Shown: one piece after another, positions 8,420 through 18,189 of the stretch
How the letters are laid out: every line of letters starts with the position of its first letter
Position numbering within the stretch: the stretch's first letter is position 1
Source of the DNA: an uncultured virus (IMG/VR IMGVR_UViG_3300033463_000112)
Lineage: Duplodnaviria; Heunggongvirae; Uroviricota; Caudoviricetes
Length of the DNA: 64,000 nucleotides
Virus record (IMG/VR): IMGVR_UViG_3300033463_000112
Strand: one strand, 5' to 3'
Notes under the pieces: model-generated
Seen by the model: only the letters and a program-made list of their open reading frames with translations
Told to the model about the DNA's origin: nothing
Databases searched by the model: none
Translations under genes and position numbers: made by a program

Positions 8420-8712
8420 AGCGCGTCCATTACGTTACAGATGCGTTTATAAACCTTTCTGAGATAGTCAGCGTCCTCGTCCGGGAGCCTATCCTGACGG
8501 TTGAACATATATACGTCAATCTTCATTCTCAGGTCCTTGCAGGTGTCTTGAATCTGGTACAGTAAGTTTGTTGTTTCAGGCTTCATCTTTTACGTCCTCC
8601 TTTTTCTGAAAGCTCATACCCTGAATAAAGCCGTTGATAAACACTTGCTCTCTGTCCTGTTCCGGGAACGCTTCGCAGTAGTCGTGTGCTTTCTGTTGCA
8701 ATTCAGCGTAGG

Positions 8713-9030
8713 TCATAGCTCAAATAGTTTTGGTAGTTCTTTGTCCTTTTCGTAGCGCTTGCGCTTGCGTGTTTCATGCCTGTAAGGGCACGTGAAAGTG
8801 CGGCAAATGTCAATAGTGCGCTGGCTAATGGGTTCTCTGGAGTACATTCTGGTAAACATATCGCGCTGGATAGCACAAATAACCTTCGTGTACTCCGCCT
8901 TCCCGTCTTTTATTTCCTCGCTTTTCAGGTGCGAGGACTTCCAGCATCTATCGCAATTACGTTCCTCCCAAATCATAAACTCCGTTCCATTGCTGAACGG
9001 GTCTTTATCTACTTTTCGAGTCTTACTCAT
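8713..9030 (-). CDS. hypothetical Cys-containing protein
   Basis: PFSNGTEFM.W.ERNC..C motif. Confidence 0.65.
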   Translation of the reverse strand: MSKTRKVDKDPFSNGTEFMIWEERNCDRCWKSSHLKSEEIKDGKAEYTKVICAIQRDMFTRMYSREPISQRTIDICRTFTCPYRHETRKRKRYEKDKELPKLFEL

Positions 9031-9382
9031 AGATTACCTCGATAACGTCCGGGTAAAGCCCGAAAAACGGAAATTCTAAACCGCGAGTCCTAAGCACAAG
9101 GGTATCGCCCTTATGAATCAATCCTGCGCAATGTGGGGCGGCATTAAGACCGCTCATTTCGACCTTGAAAACGCCCTTATCAGTGTGGACTAAATGATAG
9201 ATTTCCGTTTCAAAGCTATCTGAGCTCCCATGCGTATTGTGGATTTCAGATATGCTTTGAATTTCGTAGGCATCGACCCTTTCATTCATAAGGCGCGTAG
9301 AGGTAAATAACAACGCACCGATAATCGTTATTACCAGCACAAATAGCGAACCTATAAACTCGCCTCTTACTTTTCCTTTCAT
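9023..9382 (-). CDS. membrane-anchored hypothetical protein
   Basis: N-terminal TM helix. Confidence 0.65.
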   Translation of the reverse strand: MKGKVRGEFIGSLFVLVITIIGALLFTSTRLMNERVDAYEIQSISEIHNTHGSSDSFETEIYHLVHTDKGVFKVEMSGLNAAPHCAGLIHKGDTLVLRTRGLEFPFFGLYPDVIEVIYE

Positions 9383-9603
9383 GGTGTTTTGTGTGAATAG
9401 TGTAGCGTGATTTCAAATTCCCATGCTGGCTCCGTGCAATACACGCGGCGCTGGGAATACTTGTTATAGCGCCAATACACAAACAGCGTATCGTCGCCGT
9501 CTTTGAGAGTACCGACAAAGTGGCATTTACGGCTTGATGCGTCGTAGAATACGTCGCCGGTCTTTATTTCGTCAAGCTGATACAGGGGGTGTAGTTGGCG
9601 CAT
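9379..9603 (-). CDS. hypothetical protein
   Basis: Packed ORF. Confidence 0.55.
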   Translation of the reverse strand: MRQLHPLYQLDEIKTGDVFYDASSRKCHFVGTLKDGDDTLFVYWRYNKYSQRRVYCTEPAWEFEITLHYSHKTP

Positions 9604-9925
9604 TTCCTTTTTGCTTTAGGTGTTCCAGAAGCCGTTTCAGTAGGCGGTCCAGCTTGAAATGCTTTTCCTCCTCAACGGCCTCCTCTCCGAATATGAAAGC
9701 CATTTGCTCGCACATAATCATCACGTCCGCAATTTCGGTTATTACCTCCTTTTCTGAAACGCGGCCGCGCCGGTATTTCTCCAGCGCGTTAATCAGTTCC
9801 GAGCACTCCTCAATCGCCATATCAACCTGAGCGGCTATGCCCCATTCGAGGATTACATTTGCGTAGAGTTCCTGTGGTGTTACTTCCTTTGTCATATCTT
9901 CTCGAAATAAACGTCTTGCCAGCAT
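9572..9925 (-). CDS. MazG-like nucleotide pyrophosphohydrolase domain protein
   Basis: EECSELI.AL.K...EIADV motif of all-alpha NTP pyrophosphatases. True start may be the internal ATG (MTKEV). Confidence 0.7.
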   Translation of the reverse strand: MLARRLFREDMTKEVTPQELYANVILEWGIAAQVDMAIEECSELINALEKYRRGRVSEKEVITEIADVMIMCEQMAFIFGEEAVEEEKHFKLDRLLKRLLEHLKQKGNAPTTPPVSA

Positions 9926-10128
9926 ACGCTGTCAGGAAAATGGAAAAGCTCCTTAGCTGTCTTAAAGTCGTCCGGATTATCCAGATACAGACAGACAAGG
10001 TGCTTCTTGCAGAATCGCATCAGCCTGAGATACTGGCCGAGCTTATCCTCTGTGCGGACCACTCCGGTTTCGGCGAAATGGCCCGCCCCTGAGATTGTCT
10101 TGTAGTAGTGAATCGTGTCTGGTAGCAT
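9892..10128 (-). CDS. hypothetical protein
   Basis: Packed ORF. Confidence 0.55.
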   Translation of the reverse strand: MLPDTIHYYKTISGAGHFAETGVVRTEDKLGQYLRLMRFCKKHLVCLYLDNPDDFKTAKELFHFPDSVCWQDVYFEKI

Positions 10129-10131
10129 AGG

Positions 10132-12198
10132 CTAAAATGGTAAATCGTCGTCGTCAAAGTTGACTGCCGGAGCGGGTGTGGCCGGTGTGGATTCCGGGAG
10201 GTCGTCGAGCGTCATTTGGTTGGGCTGTTCCTGCCAGCCAAAAACGATATTCTCCGCAACGTCGTTTTTGATACGGCGGGTTTCCTGTTCGTAGTAGAGC
10301 CCTATCAGGAAGTCTGTCACGCCGATAGAGCGGTTTTTGACTAACTCCAGCACAACGTCGTAGCCCATAAACTCGGCCACTTTCGCCTCGCCGAAAAAGT
10401 CCTTCGCGCGTTTCACAAAGTCGTTTCCGACCCTGTGCGAAATAATCAGGTTGTCGCAAAGGTTAGTCAGGTTGGCAGTACCGGCAATGGACTCCTTACG
10501 GAGCAACTGGAATGATTGCTCCTTGCGCGGGTGGCATACCAGAATCCCGTGCACGTTCTCACGCTTGCAGAGGTCTTTGACTTGCTTAATGAATTTCGTT
10601 TCACGGCTGTTCTGGTCGCCTTCTAAGTTGTCAAAGTCAAGAGCCATAAGGTTGTCAATCATAAACAGCCGCACGCCCTGTTCCTTGATTATCGCTACAA
10701 TCTTTTCGTAAAGCTGGTCCCAATTAGACCCATATTCGTTATTGTAGAGATACAGCTTACCGTCGAGCCAGTCGTTAATCTGGTCCGAAACGTTCTTTGG
10801 AGCGTAGTAGATATTCTCGAATCCTGCCTTTTGGCGCACGAACGCCTTACCGGCGGCCATTTGGTCTATCCACGACTGGAACCGGGAGCCCTGAAGCTCG
10901 CCTGAGAATATCGCGGTAGGAAAGCCTCGCTGAACCGCGTTCAGTGCAAAGAAATCCAGAAACGTTGTCTTTCCAGCGCCGGAAAGCCCTGAGAAAATTG
11001 TAAGGTCGCCGAGCGTAAAGCCCATTATCTTGCGGTCCAGCGCCTCCACGCCAGAAGGTATGCTTATAAGCTGGGACGGGTCCTGCCAGATAATATCTTT
11101 CATTGAAAGCCAGATTTTGCCCCTTTCGTCCTCTTTTATCGGCTCAATGGGTTTCTGTTCCACCCGGCCGTAGTAAGTGCGTTTACGGGCAAATTCCTCG
11201 CGTTCCCGGCGGTCGTATGCTTGCGGGTCGTAGTGTAAGCGGAACTCCCGCCAGTGGAAGTGCTGACAGGAATTGTGCAAGCACCGGAATCCGATTGCTC
11301 CAGAATCAAGCATGAATAGCGCCGAATCCGGGGCCTTGTGGCCCCCGAACGGGCACTCCTCCAGAACGAATTTTACACCGCCAGAAAAGCGGCTTTCTTT
11401 CGCAATCTTGATATTGTGCTCCTGAATGAAGGCCCGGAGGTCGAAACGCTCAGTAGAATATCCGTTGTAGCGGCTGGGCGCTTCCTGTTTCGGCAGATAC
11501 GATGCGACTTTCTTTATGTACGCAATATCTACCTGTTTGAACTCTGGAGGCGTGAACAGAAAGAAAGACTGACGCTGCGGGCGCTCCGGCGTGTCGGTTC
11601 CCTTGTTTGATTTGGTCCCGATTAGCTTCGCAATACGCGAGGCGTTAAACACGCTGGTATCAATCTTGACAGCATCTGTTGAAAAGAGCATATCCAGCAC
11701 CTGCAGGAAGTCTTTTATCAGGTCGTTGTTTTCGGGCGTGTTGGCAATGCAAACGCGGTAGTACAGATGATAGCCGTTTGCTGAATCAGCAATCACCGGC
11801 TTTTCAAATCCCTGTTCGGTGAGATACCGGCTAATCTTCTTTGCGGACTCCAGAGCCAGCGCCTTTTCCTCTTCCGTCGAGTTGGTGTCTGAGGAGCGTT
11901 CCGGGTCAAGGTCGATAAGGAGCGTTGTCCGGTAGTCTATATCGCCGTCAGAGGTGGTGGCCTTTGGCTTGGGTATGATACAATCGTGTTGCGTTCGGCC
12001 GTAGCACGAATCCTTAACGGCGTTGATAGTAGCGTATATCCCGTAGCCGTCGTAGGCTTTAATATCCGCTATGAGTTTTTCCGGGTCGGTGTAATACCCT
12101 GAGAAAGTCCGGCCGCTCCCCAAAATTCGGATTTCGGTTAGCGGCTCGTCCTTCTTGAAAGTATCCCACCACCGGCGTATTTCCTGTTCGTTAATCAT
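10132..12198 (-). CDS. primase-helicase (AEP-like N-terminus plus DnaB/SF4-type helicase)
   Basis: N-terminal LIDLD and SANGYHLYY primase-like motifs, Cys/His cluster, C-terminal Walker A GLSGAGKT, IDNL, LVCHPRK and KNR motifs. Confidence 0.8.
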   Translation of the reverse strand: MINEQEIRRWWDTFKKDEPLTEIRILGSGRTFSGYYTDPEKLIADIKAYDGYGIYATINAVKDSCYGRTQHDCIIPKPKATTSDGDIDYRTTLLIDLDPERSSDTNSTEEEKALALESAKKISRYLTEQGFEKPVIADSANGYHLYYRVCIANTPENNDLIKDFLQVLDMLFSTDAVKIDTSVFNASRIAKLIGTKSNKGTDTPERPQRQSFFLFTPPEFKQVDIAYIKKVASYLPKQEAPSRYNGYSTERFDLRAFIQEHNIKIAKESRFSGGVKFVLEECPFGGHKAPDSALFMLDSGAIGFRCLHNSCQHFHWREFRLHYDPQAYDRREREEFARKRTYYGRVEQKPIEPIKEDERGKIWLSMKDIIWQDPSQLISIPSGVEALDRKIMGFTLGDLTIFSGLSGAGKTTFLDFFALNAVQRGFPTAIFSGELQGSRFQSWIDQMAAGKAFVRQKAGFENIYYAPKNVSDQINDWLDGKLYLYNNEYGSNWDQLYEKIVAIIKEQGVRLFMIDNLMALDFDNLEGDQNSRETKFIKQVKDLCKRENVHGILVCHPRKEQSFQLLRKESIAGTANLTNLCDNLIISHRVGNDFVKRAKDFFGEAKVAEFMGYDVVLELVKNRSIGVTDFLIGLYYEQETRRIKNDVAENIVFGWQEQPNQMTLDDLPESTPATPAPAVNFDDDDLPF

Positions 12199-12200
12199 GA

Positions 12201-12971
12201 TTACGACTGAGGTTTGGTGTTACGCTTGCGCTGGCCGTTCTCAAATTGCTCGGCGAAAAGACTTTCAACGCTCACTGGTTTTGCCGGGGCCGCCGCCTCT
12301 TGTGTTTGGGAGTAGTCCGGCAAATTGTTCAGGAATGTGGAGAAGTTTTTGATATAGGTTTTCGTTTCGATGCAATCCGCAAGGTAGCGCTTGATGATTG
12401 ACAAGAGCTCGTCCTCGGTGTGTTTCGCCAGAAGGGTAATGAGCTTTTTCTTGTCTTTGCTGGATTTGCCGGTTGCCCGCCCACTGACGGGGCAACGAGT
12501 AGGATATGCGGCATAAAGACGTTCGGAAGATTTTTCTTTATCTGATTTATCAGATATTTCTTTTATATCTATCTTCTTTATATCTTTATATTCTTCTGTT
12601 GTTGCGATTTCGCGTAAAGGTTGGTTGCCGTCCTGCGTGTCATTTGCTTGCGACTGCGACTCGCAAATGTATTGGTAACTATCATAGTTGCAAATAGTTA
12701 TCTTTGTCATTTGGTTTGTCGTTTCTATGCTAACTTGTTTGCTATTTTGCAAGCGATTAAGGCACGTGCGTACCTGAGATACCGAAAGCCCCGTATCACG
12801 CGACAAATGAGAAAGGGAGGTTACAAGTTCGCCACGGTGAACGGTAACACCGCGCCATTCCTTATCTTCCCAATTCGCAACGAGTAGTAAGTGGACCCAC
12901 AGCGCCGTCATTTCCGGTATGCCGTACCACTCCCACTCCAGTAGTCTTTGATGAAGCCTGATATAGCGCAT
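12201..12971 (-). CDS. replication initiator / replisome organizer (wHTH)
   Basis: LWVHLLLVANW...RGELVTS..HLS..TGLS..QVRTCL..L...ITICNYDSYQ; C-terminal YP...YIKNFSTFLN; upstream of the helicase. Confidence 0.75.
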   Translation of the reverse strand: MRYIRLHQRLLEWEWYGIPEMTALWVHLLLVANWEDKEWRGVTVHRGELVTSLSHLSRDTGLSVSQVRTCLNRLQNSKQVSIETTNQMTKITICNYDSYQYICESQSQANDTQDGNQPLREIATTEEYKDIKKIDIKEISDKSDKEKSSERLYAAYPTRCPVSGRATGKSSKDKKKLITLLAKHTEDELLSIIKRYLADCIETKTYIKNFSTFLNNLPDYSQTQEAAAPAKPVSVESLFAEQFENGQRKRNTKPQS

Positions 12972-13327
12972 TAAGCCTCGTCGTCCAGAACGGCAAGCGC
13001 GAATCTGAGCGCGGCTCTCAGGGTGTCAAGCTCAGTATCACCACCGAAGATTAACTCAATCTGACCGTCCATTACGTCGATTTCCTCGCCGTTTACACGG
13101 AGGCGCATATCCGTAGAGGCATGGTCTTTTAGCTTCAGGTAGGTTCTGCAGCCGTGGCCGGAGTCGCCCCCTTTATAGCCGGTAGTTCCAACTTCGCACT
13201 CCAGAATATTACAGGTAGTCAGTTCGACTTTCTGGGTAGGTACGGTAATCTTGTCGATAACGACCTTTCCAGTTCCATAATCGCGGCGAACGTCGTCGCC
13301 CTCTTTCAGTAATTGAACTCTTTTCAT
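12971..13327 (-). CDS. hypothetical protein
   Basis: GTTGYKGGDSGHG motif; packed ORF. Confidence 0.65.
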   Translation of the reverse strand: MKRVQLLKEGDDVRRDYGTGKVVIDKITVPTQKVELTTCNILECEVGTTGYKGGDSGHGCRTYLKLKDHASTDMRLRVNGEEIDVMDGQIELIFGGDTELDTLRAALRFALAVLDDEA

Positions 13328-13329
13328 GG

Positions 13330-13815
13330 TTATTGGTTTTTAAAACAAAGATTTTCCTTTGACTGGAATATTGCCGGGCCGCCGCTTCTCAGGCTGTTTG
13401 CGGCCATTTCGCATAGCTGGTCGGCCCGTTCGTTCCACTGGTCCCCGTTGTGGCCCCGTACCCACATGAGCTCCACGCGGAGTTGATTCTTGCGCTTTAG
13501 CTCATAGAACTTGTCGATAAGCCCCAAATTGGACTTTGCGGACCATTCGCCGGAAAGGACCTTAACGGCATATTGAGAATCGGAATAGATTACAAGCTGG
13601 CTTCCTTTTGGAACAACGGTAAGCGCCCTGAGAATTGCTCCGAGCTCTTGCTCATTATTGCGCTGTTTCTTTTCCGGGTCATATTCACAGTGACGAGCGG
13701 CGGCGCGTTCAAAAAGCACTTGCGTTTTGGACTGGTCCAGAATCACAAGTGCCGAGGCTCCGTATCTGTCGGCCATTTCGTAATAGCCGTCAGTGTAAAC
13801 TATAAACTTTGCCAT
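13330..13815 (-). CDS. rnhA: ribonuclease HI
   Basis: YTDG, NNEQEL, YSDSQY, WVRGH and NERADQL catalytic motifs. Start reassigned to 13815. Confidence 0.88.
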   Translation of the reverse strand: MAKFIVYTDGYYEMADRYGASALVILDQSKTQVLFERAAARHCEYDPEKKQRNNEQELGAILRALTVVPKGSQLVIYSDSQYAVKVLSGEWSAKSNLGLIDKFYELKRKNQLRVELMWVRGHNGDQWNERADQLCEMAANSLRSGGPAIFQSKENLCFKNQ

Positions 13816-13816
13816 A

Positions 13817-14692
13817 TCAGAATAGCGTTCTTTGGACGAACGGGAGCACCTTTTCAGTAGCGTCCTTGAAAATGTCCTTTTTGATTTCAAAGCCGTATGC
13901 CTTTCGCTTCAGGTTGGCGGCGGCAAGTAGTGTCGTACCGGAACCGGCGCACGGGTCTATCACCACGTCCCCATCGTCCGTAAAGATTTCGATAAGGCGC
14001 TCCAGCACCGGCACGCTCTTCTGGGTAGGGTGAACTTTGTGCGTGTCGTTGTCGCGCACCCAATCGAAGCAGTTAAAGACCATTGCTCCGTTGTTGTTGA
14101 ACTTTGGGAGCCTATTGCGGTACAGGAGTACGGCGTATTCGCAATTACCGACTACCCTCATGTTTGCTTTGAGTACCTGCGCCGAGTAATTCTTGCGGAA
14201 CACCAGATTTATGTAGTTGTTGAACCCAAACTCCTTTGCGGTTTCGATAAGCTGGAATTGCTGTTCAAAGGAGCAAAAGATAATCATACAGGGAGCCCCG
14301 CCCGATTTCTTTCCGGTCTTGCCTATTTCCTTGCCTTCCGAGTTGTCTTTCGGCTCTGGTTTTAGCATCTGGGAACTGAAATGCAGGAACTCTTTTACCC
14401 TGAACGTGTAATCGGTGTCGAAAAATGCTTTTCCGGCCAGCTTGGACTCCCCGTTTGAGTTGTCCCCGCCTTCGTACCACATAGGGTTTGAGCCGTAAGC
14501 GTCCGTGCCTATTGCGTAGGGAATATCAGAGAGGATTAACTGGGCCTTCTCGTTTATTCCGTGTGATTTCCAATTCTGGTAGGAGTCGTTGCAAAGCTGA
14601 ATACCGTTCGTTTTGTCGATATAGTCCGGGTATGGTCGTAGCCTTGCTCGTTTTTCCTCCAGTGATTGTTTCTGTTGTTCAGTCATTGTCAA
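13817..14692 (-). CDS. DNA methyltransferase (N4-C/N6-A, beta class)
   Basis: DIPY catalytic motif precedes HPTQK and the DPCAGSGTT SAM-binding motif. Confidence 0.88.
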   Translation of the reverse strand: MTMTEQQKQSLEEKRARLRPYPDYIDKTNGIQLCNDSYQNWKSHGINEKAQLILSDIPYAIGTDAYGSNPMWYEGGDNSNGESKLAGKAFFDTDYTFRVKEFLHFSSQMLKPEPKDNSEGKEIGKTGKKSGGAPCMIIFCSFEQQFQLIETAKEFGFNNYINLVFRKNYSAQVLKANMRVVGNCEYAVLLYRNRLPKFNNNGAMVFNCFDWVRDNDTHKVHPTQKSVPVLERLIEIFTDDGDVVIDPCAGSGTTLLAAANLKRKAYGFEIKKDIFKDATEKVLPFVQRTLF

Positions 14693-14996
14693 AAAGATTT
14701 AGTTGTTGGGGCCGACGTTTCTTTTCATCGGCCCGGTACTCGTCATATCTTACGCAGTAGCCTCTCTTGTATGAGCAATGGGCCCGCGTAGCGTTGTTGT
14801 AGTAACAGCCGTTGCACGGCTCTTGGCCGAATTTCTCCAGCCATTGTTTCAGAGAGAGCATAATGTAAGGCTGTTTTCGTGGGCGTAAATGATTTTCCCT
14901 GACGGGAGGCGTATCAGAATACCTCTTGGCTCGAATCGTTCAATTACGCCCGTTTTAAGGCCGTTCACGGTATCCCATGAAACGCGGTCGCCGACG

Positions 14997-15548
14997 TTAA
15001 ATTTCGATTTCGACGGTTCGGCTGAGTTTTCCATGATAGCCACGGCGTTTGAGTTCGGCGGTGAGAATTACGCTCGGGATACTGGCAAGGAGCATTTCGT
15101 CAAACTTAGCGTCTTTGTCAGCTTTGTAGTCCTGGCCGAAAATAGCCTCCATTAAGTGCTGTTCCGGGGTTCCCTCCGGGAGCCTTGCCTTACCGGCTTT
15201 CTGGCGCTTCTTCATGCAGTCCTTGCAATACTTGGTGTAGCCGTATGCGTTCCTACCAAACGCGGTAATCGGCAACTCTCGGCCGCAATCAGCGCAGGTG
15301 CGCTTAACGGATTCCAGCGCTTGCTGTACCTCGGGAGGCGTGGGGTTGTTTTCTTTGCTCATGGTTTGTTCGATTATTGGTTGTTTTTGTTCGATTTCAG
15401 GCACTTTTTGTTCGATTTGGTCCCGTTTATCGTCTAATAGTTCAAAGTGGCTACACGGCTTTTGAAAGTACCCTACTTCGCGTTTCCGGGAATCGGGGCA
15501 CTTACATAAGCCGTCGCCGTGAAAGAAAAAGCAGTTTGAGCAGTACAT
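14997..15548 (-). CDS. Cys-rich hypothetical protein
   Basis: CSNC, CADC and CKDC motifs. Start reassigned to the ATG at 15548, which overlaps the upstream stop. Confidence 0.6.
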   Translation of the reverse strand: MYCSNCFFFHGDGLCKCPDSRKREVGYFQKPCSHFELLDDKRDQIEQKVPEIEQKQPIIEQTMSKENNPTPPEVQQALESVKRTCADCGRELPITAFGRNAYGYTKYCKDCMKKRQKAGKARLPEGTPEQHLMEAIFGQDYKADKDAKFDEMLLASIPSVILTAELKRRGYHGKLSRTVEIEI

Positions 15549-16489
15549 TAGAATAGAGTTGTCTTGAAATAGTCCTGTCCTTTTGCCACAAAGAGCCGCT
15601 CGACGGATTCCGTCGGCCGGTCCGCGTTGAGGGTGGAGTTGATTCTGGTTTCCCAAATGCACTCGAATCTGTCAGACGGCATTTCGTATTCTGAGATATA
15701 GACGGGGACCGTCTGTTTCTCAATCCACGCGAATAGCGCCTCGGAGTCAAAGTCTGACATTTTCTTGGCCCCGTAGCCGTTTGTGTTGGCGTATGGCGGG
15801 TCCAGATAAATGATAGAATCGGGCTGAATCGCAACTTCGTTGTAGGAAAGCTGAGATATTTGTAACCGGGCAACGCGCTCCAGATTTTGTAACCGGGCAA
15901 CGCGCTCCAGATTTTGTAACCGGGCAACGCGCTCCAGATTTTGTAACCGGGCAACCCTTTCTAAATGCTCCAAATGTACGACCCCTTTATTAGCGTGGTC
16001 GGCTTCGTTTTTGGCGTTGATAATATCGTAAGCCGCGAGCCGCCTTTGCTGAACGTCGGGGATAGAATCAATGGGGGTTAGGTCGTATCCGTATTTTTCA
16101 ATCAGGGAATAATCCCGAAAGACTATCGCATAGTGTAGGGCCTTTTTGTAGTTCTCTACTTCACCGGCCGCATAGATATACGTTCTGCAATCCGTACCAA
16201 AGGAAAACAAGAGCTTTACAAAAGCGTCGTCCGTGGCGAAAAACTCCTCCCGTGATACCCACCGCGACTCGTTCCGGTACTTGCCTTCAAGAGCGTTGGC
16301 GAATATTTGCGGGTACGGTTTAATATCGTTGGCAACGACGGTCTGGTACTTCCCGGAGAACATGGCGGCGTGCGTAATAGCGCACCCACCGGCGAACAGG
16401 TCATACAGCGTACCTGCAGGAGGAAGATGCTCCAGTATTTCCTGAGCGATACGGGATTTTGAGCCTTTGTATGGTAATCCGTATTGCAT
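15548..16489 (-). CDS. DNA adenine methyltransferase (D12/Dam-like, alpha class)
   Basis: PYKGSK, DLFAGG, NDI and YLDPPY motifs. Confidence 0.88.
   Translation of the reverse strand: MQYGLPYKGSKSRIAQEILEHLPPAGTLYDLFAGGCAITHAAMFSGKYQTVVANDIKPYPQIFANALEGKYRNESRWVSREEFFATDDAFVKLLFSFGTDCRTYIYAAGEVENYKKALHYAIVFRDYSLIEKYGYDLTPIDSIPDVQQRRLAAYDIINAKNEADHANKGVVHLEHLERVARLQNLERVARLQNLERVARLQNLERVARLQISQLSYNEVAIQPDSIIYLDPPYANTNGYGAKKMSDFDSEALFAWIEKQTVPVYISEYEMPSDRFECIWETRINSTLNADRPTESVERLFVAKGQDYFKTTLF
15859..15955. repeat. 27-bp in-frame tandem repeat (~3.6 copies) in the methyltransferase
   Basis: Unit TTTGTAACCGGGCAACGCGCTCCAGAT; encodes LERVARLQN repeats. Confidence 0.95.
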
Positions 16490-16872
16490 TAGAATAGCCT
16501 CCCCTGAAACGGACCGCCATAACGTTGCTTGCGCTGGCGTTCGATGCTTTCACAAACGCCCATGATAGCCTCGGCCCGCCCCCGGAGGGAATCTTCATAG
16601 TCTTTCAGTTCCTCTTCCGTCTGGGCCACGTAGTAGCCCTTGCTGGTAGCAATCAGGCACGGAACTAAATCATTCTGGCGAATGTGGTTGATAATTTTTC
16701 GTATTCGTGCGGCCCCCGGCCGGATTTCCTGCGGGCAGGACTCTGCAATATTCTGGTTATAGACCGCGTTTTCGCGCCCGTAGGCCATTTTCAGCGTTGG
16801 AATGATAAATTCCATTGCCCGAAGCTCAGAATCGCTTAAAGGGGCCGTTTCTTGGCTAAATCCGTGTATCAT
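16489..16872 (-). CDS. hypothetical (wHTH-like) protein
   Basis: RIRKIINHIR...LIATSKGYYVA motif. Confidence 0.6.
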   Translation of the reverse strand: MIHGFSQETAPLSDSELRAMEFIIPTLKMAYGRENAVYNQNIAESCPQEIRPGAARIRKIINHIRQNDLVPCLIATSKGYYVAQTEEELKDYEDSLRGRAEAIMGVCESIERQRKQRYGGPFQGRLF

Positions 16873-16933
16873 TACTCAAAGATTTTGGTTAAACTTGGCG
16901 GCCGGAGGCGGTATCACCCGCAACCGACCGGAT

Positions 16934-17449
16934 TTACGAAAGCTCAGTGATGATTACGAGCCTTCCGTCAATGACCTTTGCTCCACGCTTTTTGAGCTCG
17001 TCCCAAAGCTCCTGAGTGGAAAACTCAGAAAGGCTTATGGGCTTATCTGCGTCCGGTCCCGTGCTTTCGGGTTCAGGTTCGGCGGTGCTGGTGTCGGGAA
17101 CGCTCTGCTCTGCTTCCGCGTGGAGTTTCTTTTTGCGGTTTTCCTGAGCGTTGTTCTGGATTTCTGCCAGACGATATGCAACGGTCATGTAGAAATGCTC
17201 CGTAGGTTCGCTGGTTGCAATCCATGTGTACCTGTATTTGTGGTGTCCGATATGGACCTTTTTCAGAACACCGCGCTTAACAAGCTCTGAAACGACCCGG
17301 CAAAGGTCCGTGTTTCCGTAGTCCTTCCACCCGTCGGCGTATCCGTCGCCAGTGGTAAGCGAGTAGATTAAATCAACAGCGTTCTTTGCGCTACTGATGA
17401 TTGATTTAGAGGGTTTACCCCCCCCCATTTTTCCATAGCTCTTTTCCAT
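16934..17449 (-). CDS. hypothetical protein
   Basis: 171-aa ORF. Confidence 0.6.
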   Translation of the reverse strand: MEKSYGKMGGGKPSKSIISSAKNAVDLIYSLTTGDGYADGWKDYGNTDLCRVVSELVKRGVLKKVHIGHHKYRYTWIATSEPTEHFYMTVAYRLAEIQNNAQENRKKKLHAEAEQSVPDTSTAEPEPESTGPDADKPISLSEFSTQELWDELKKRGAKVIDGRLVIITELS

Positions 17450-17453
17450 TTGC

Positions 17454-18188
17454 TCAAAGTTTAATCCCGTAGTGCCGGGCCAGTTCGTGCTCCATATCTT
17501 GACTCCAGCCGTTTTCAGTACACGTCACCCACTTTTTGCGGGCGAAAGCGTTATACAGGCCGGGCCGATTAAGTGGTGTGAATGATACCTCGAATTTCCA
17601 CCGGTCCTCGCGGCTCAGGAGTTCTGGTTTCTGGTCTGGCTGATAGGTGTTGTAGTAGAGGTTTTCAATGACATAGGAATTGTGGTCGCAATCGTACTTG
17701 TCGTAGATTGCAAACAGCTTATCCCATTCGTAGTAGTGCGGAAGATGCGTCGTATAGTTCAACATTCCGAGCCCGTCGCGCTTGCAGACAAGCCCCGTCT
17801 TTGCGAGGTTCCTTCTCCATGTGTTCGGGTGTTCGGCTCCGGTAGTCGGTAGCCAGTCGTCCTGAATCTTTGGAAAGAGCACGTCCTCAAACGTGAAATC
17901 GTTTACGGCAAAAACGTCGTCACCGGCAACGATAAAGCCCCTTGTATCCGGGAATCGGGCCCGGGCTTTTCTGGCGCACGAAACGTAGTCCAGATGCGAG
18001 CGGTATTCCACGGGGACGGCCGGGACTCTTGGTGATTCAACATTTACAACGCCTTCGATAGTAGGTAGCCCCTCGCCCATAATAGCGAGCGTGAAGTCGG
18101 CTTTAAAGTGCTTTCTCCAGCCCGCTATTGCAAGCATAAGCTCGTGTCCTTGTTGGCCCGAAGGCAGGTGCGGTATCAGTACCAGCAT
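17454..18188 (-). CDS. putative glycosyl/phosphoglycosyl-transferase-like protein (Stealth/GT-A-like)
   Basis: N-terminal 'VLIP...HEL..AI..WRKH' and 'FIVAGDDVF' resemble Stealth-type motifs; weak. Confidence 0.4.
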   Translation of the reverse strand: MLVLIPHLPSGQQGHELMLAIAGWRKHFKADFTLAIMGEGLPTIEGVVNVESPRVPAVPVEYRSHLDYVSCARKARARFPDTRGFIVAGDDVFAVNDFTFEDVLFPKIQDDWLPTTGAEHPNTWRRNLAKTGLVCKRDGLGMLNYTTHLPHYYEWDKLFAIYDKYDCDHNSYVIENLYYNTYQPDQKPELLSREDRWKFEVSFTPLNRPGLYNAFARKKWVTCTENGWSQDMEHELARHYGIKL

Positions 18189-18189
18189 A

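Noticed and set aside
15859..15955. Possible CRISPR array
   Set aside because: The repeats are contiguous with no spacers and lie in frame within a gene. No cas operon is present, and the PD-(D/E)xK nuclease sits in a recombination module.
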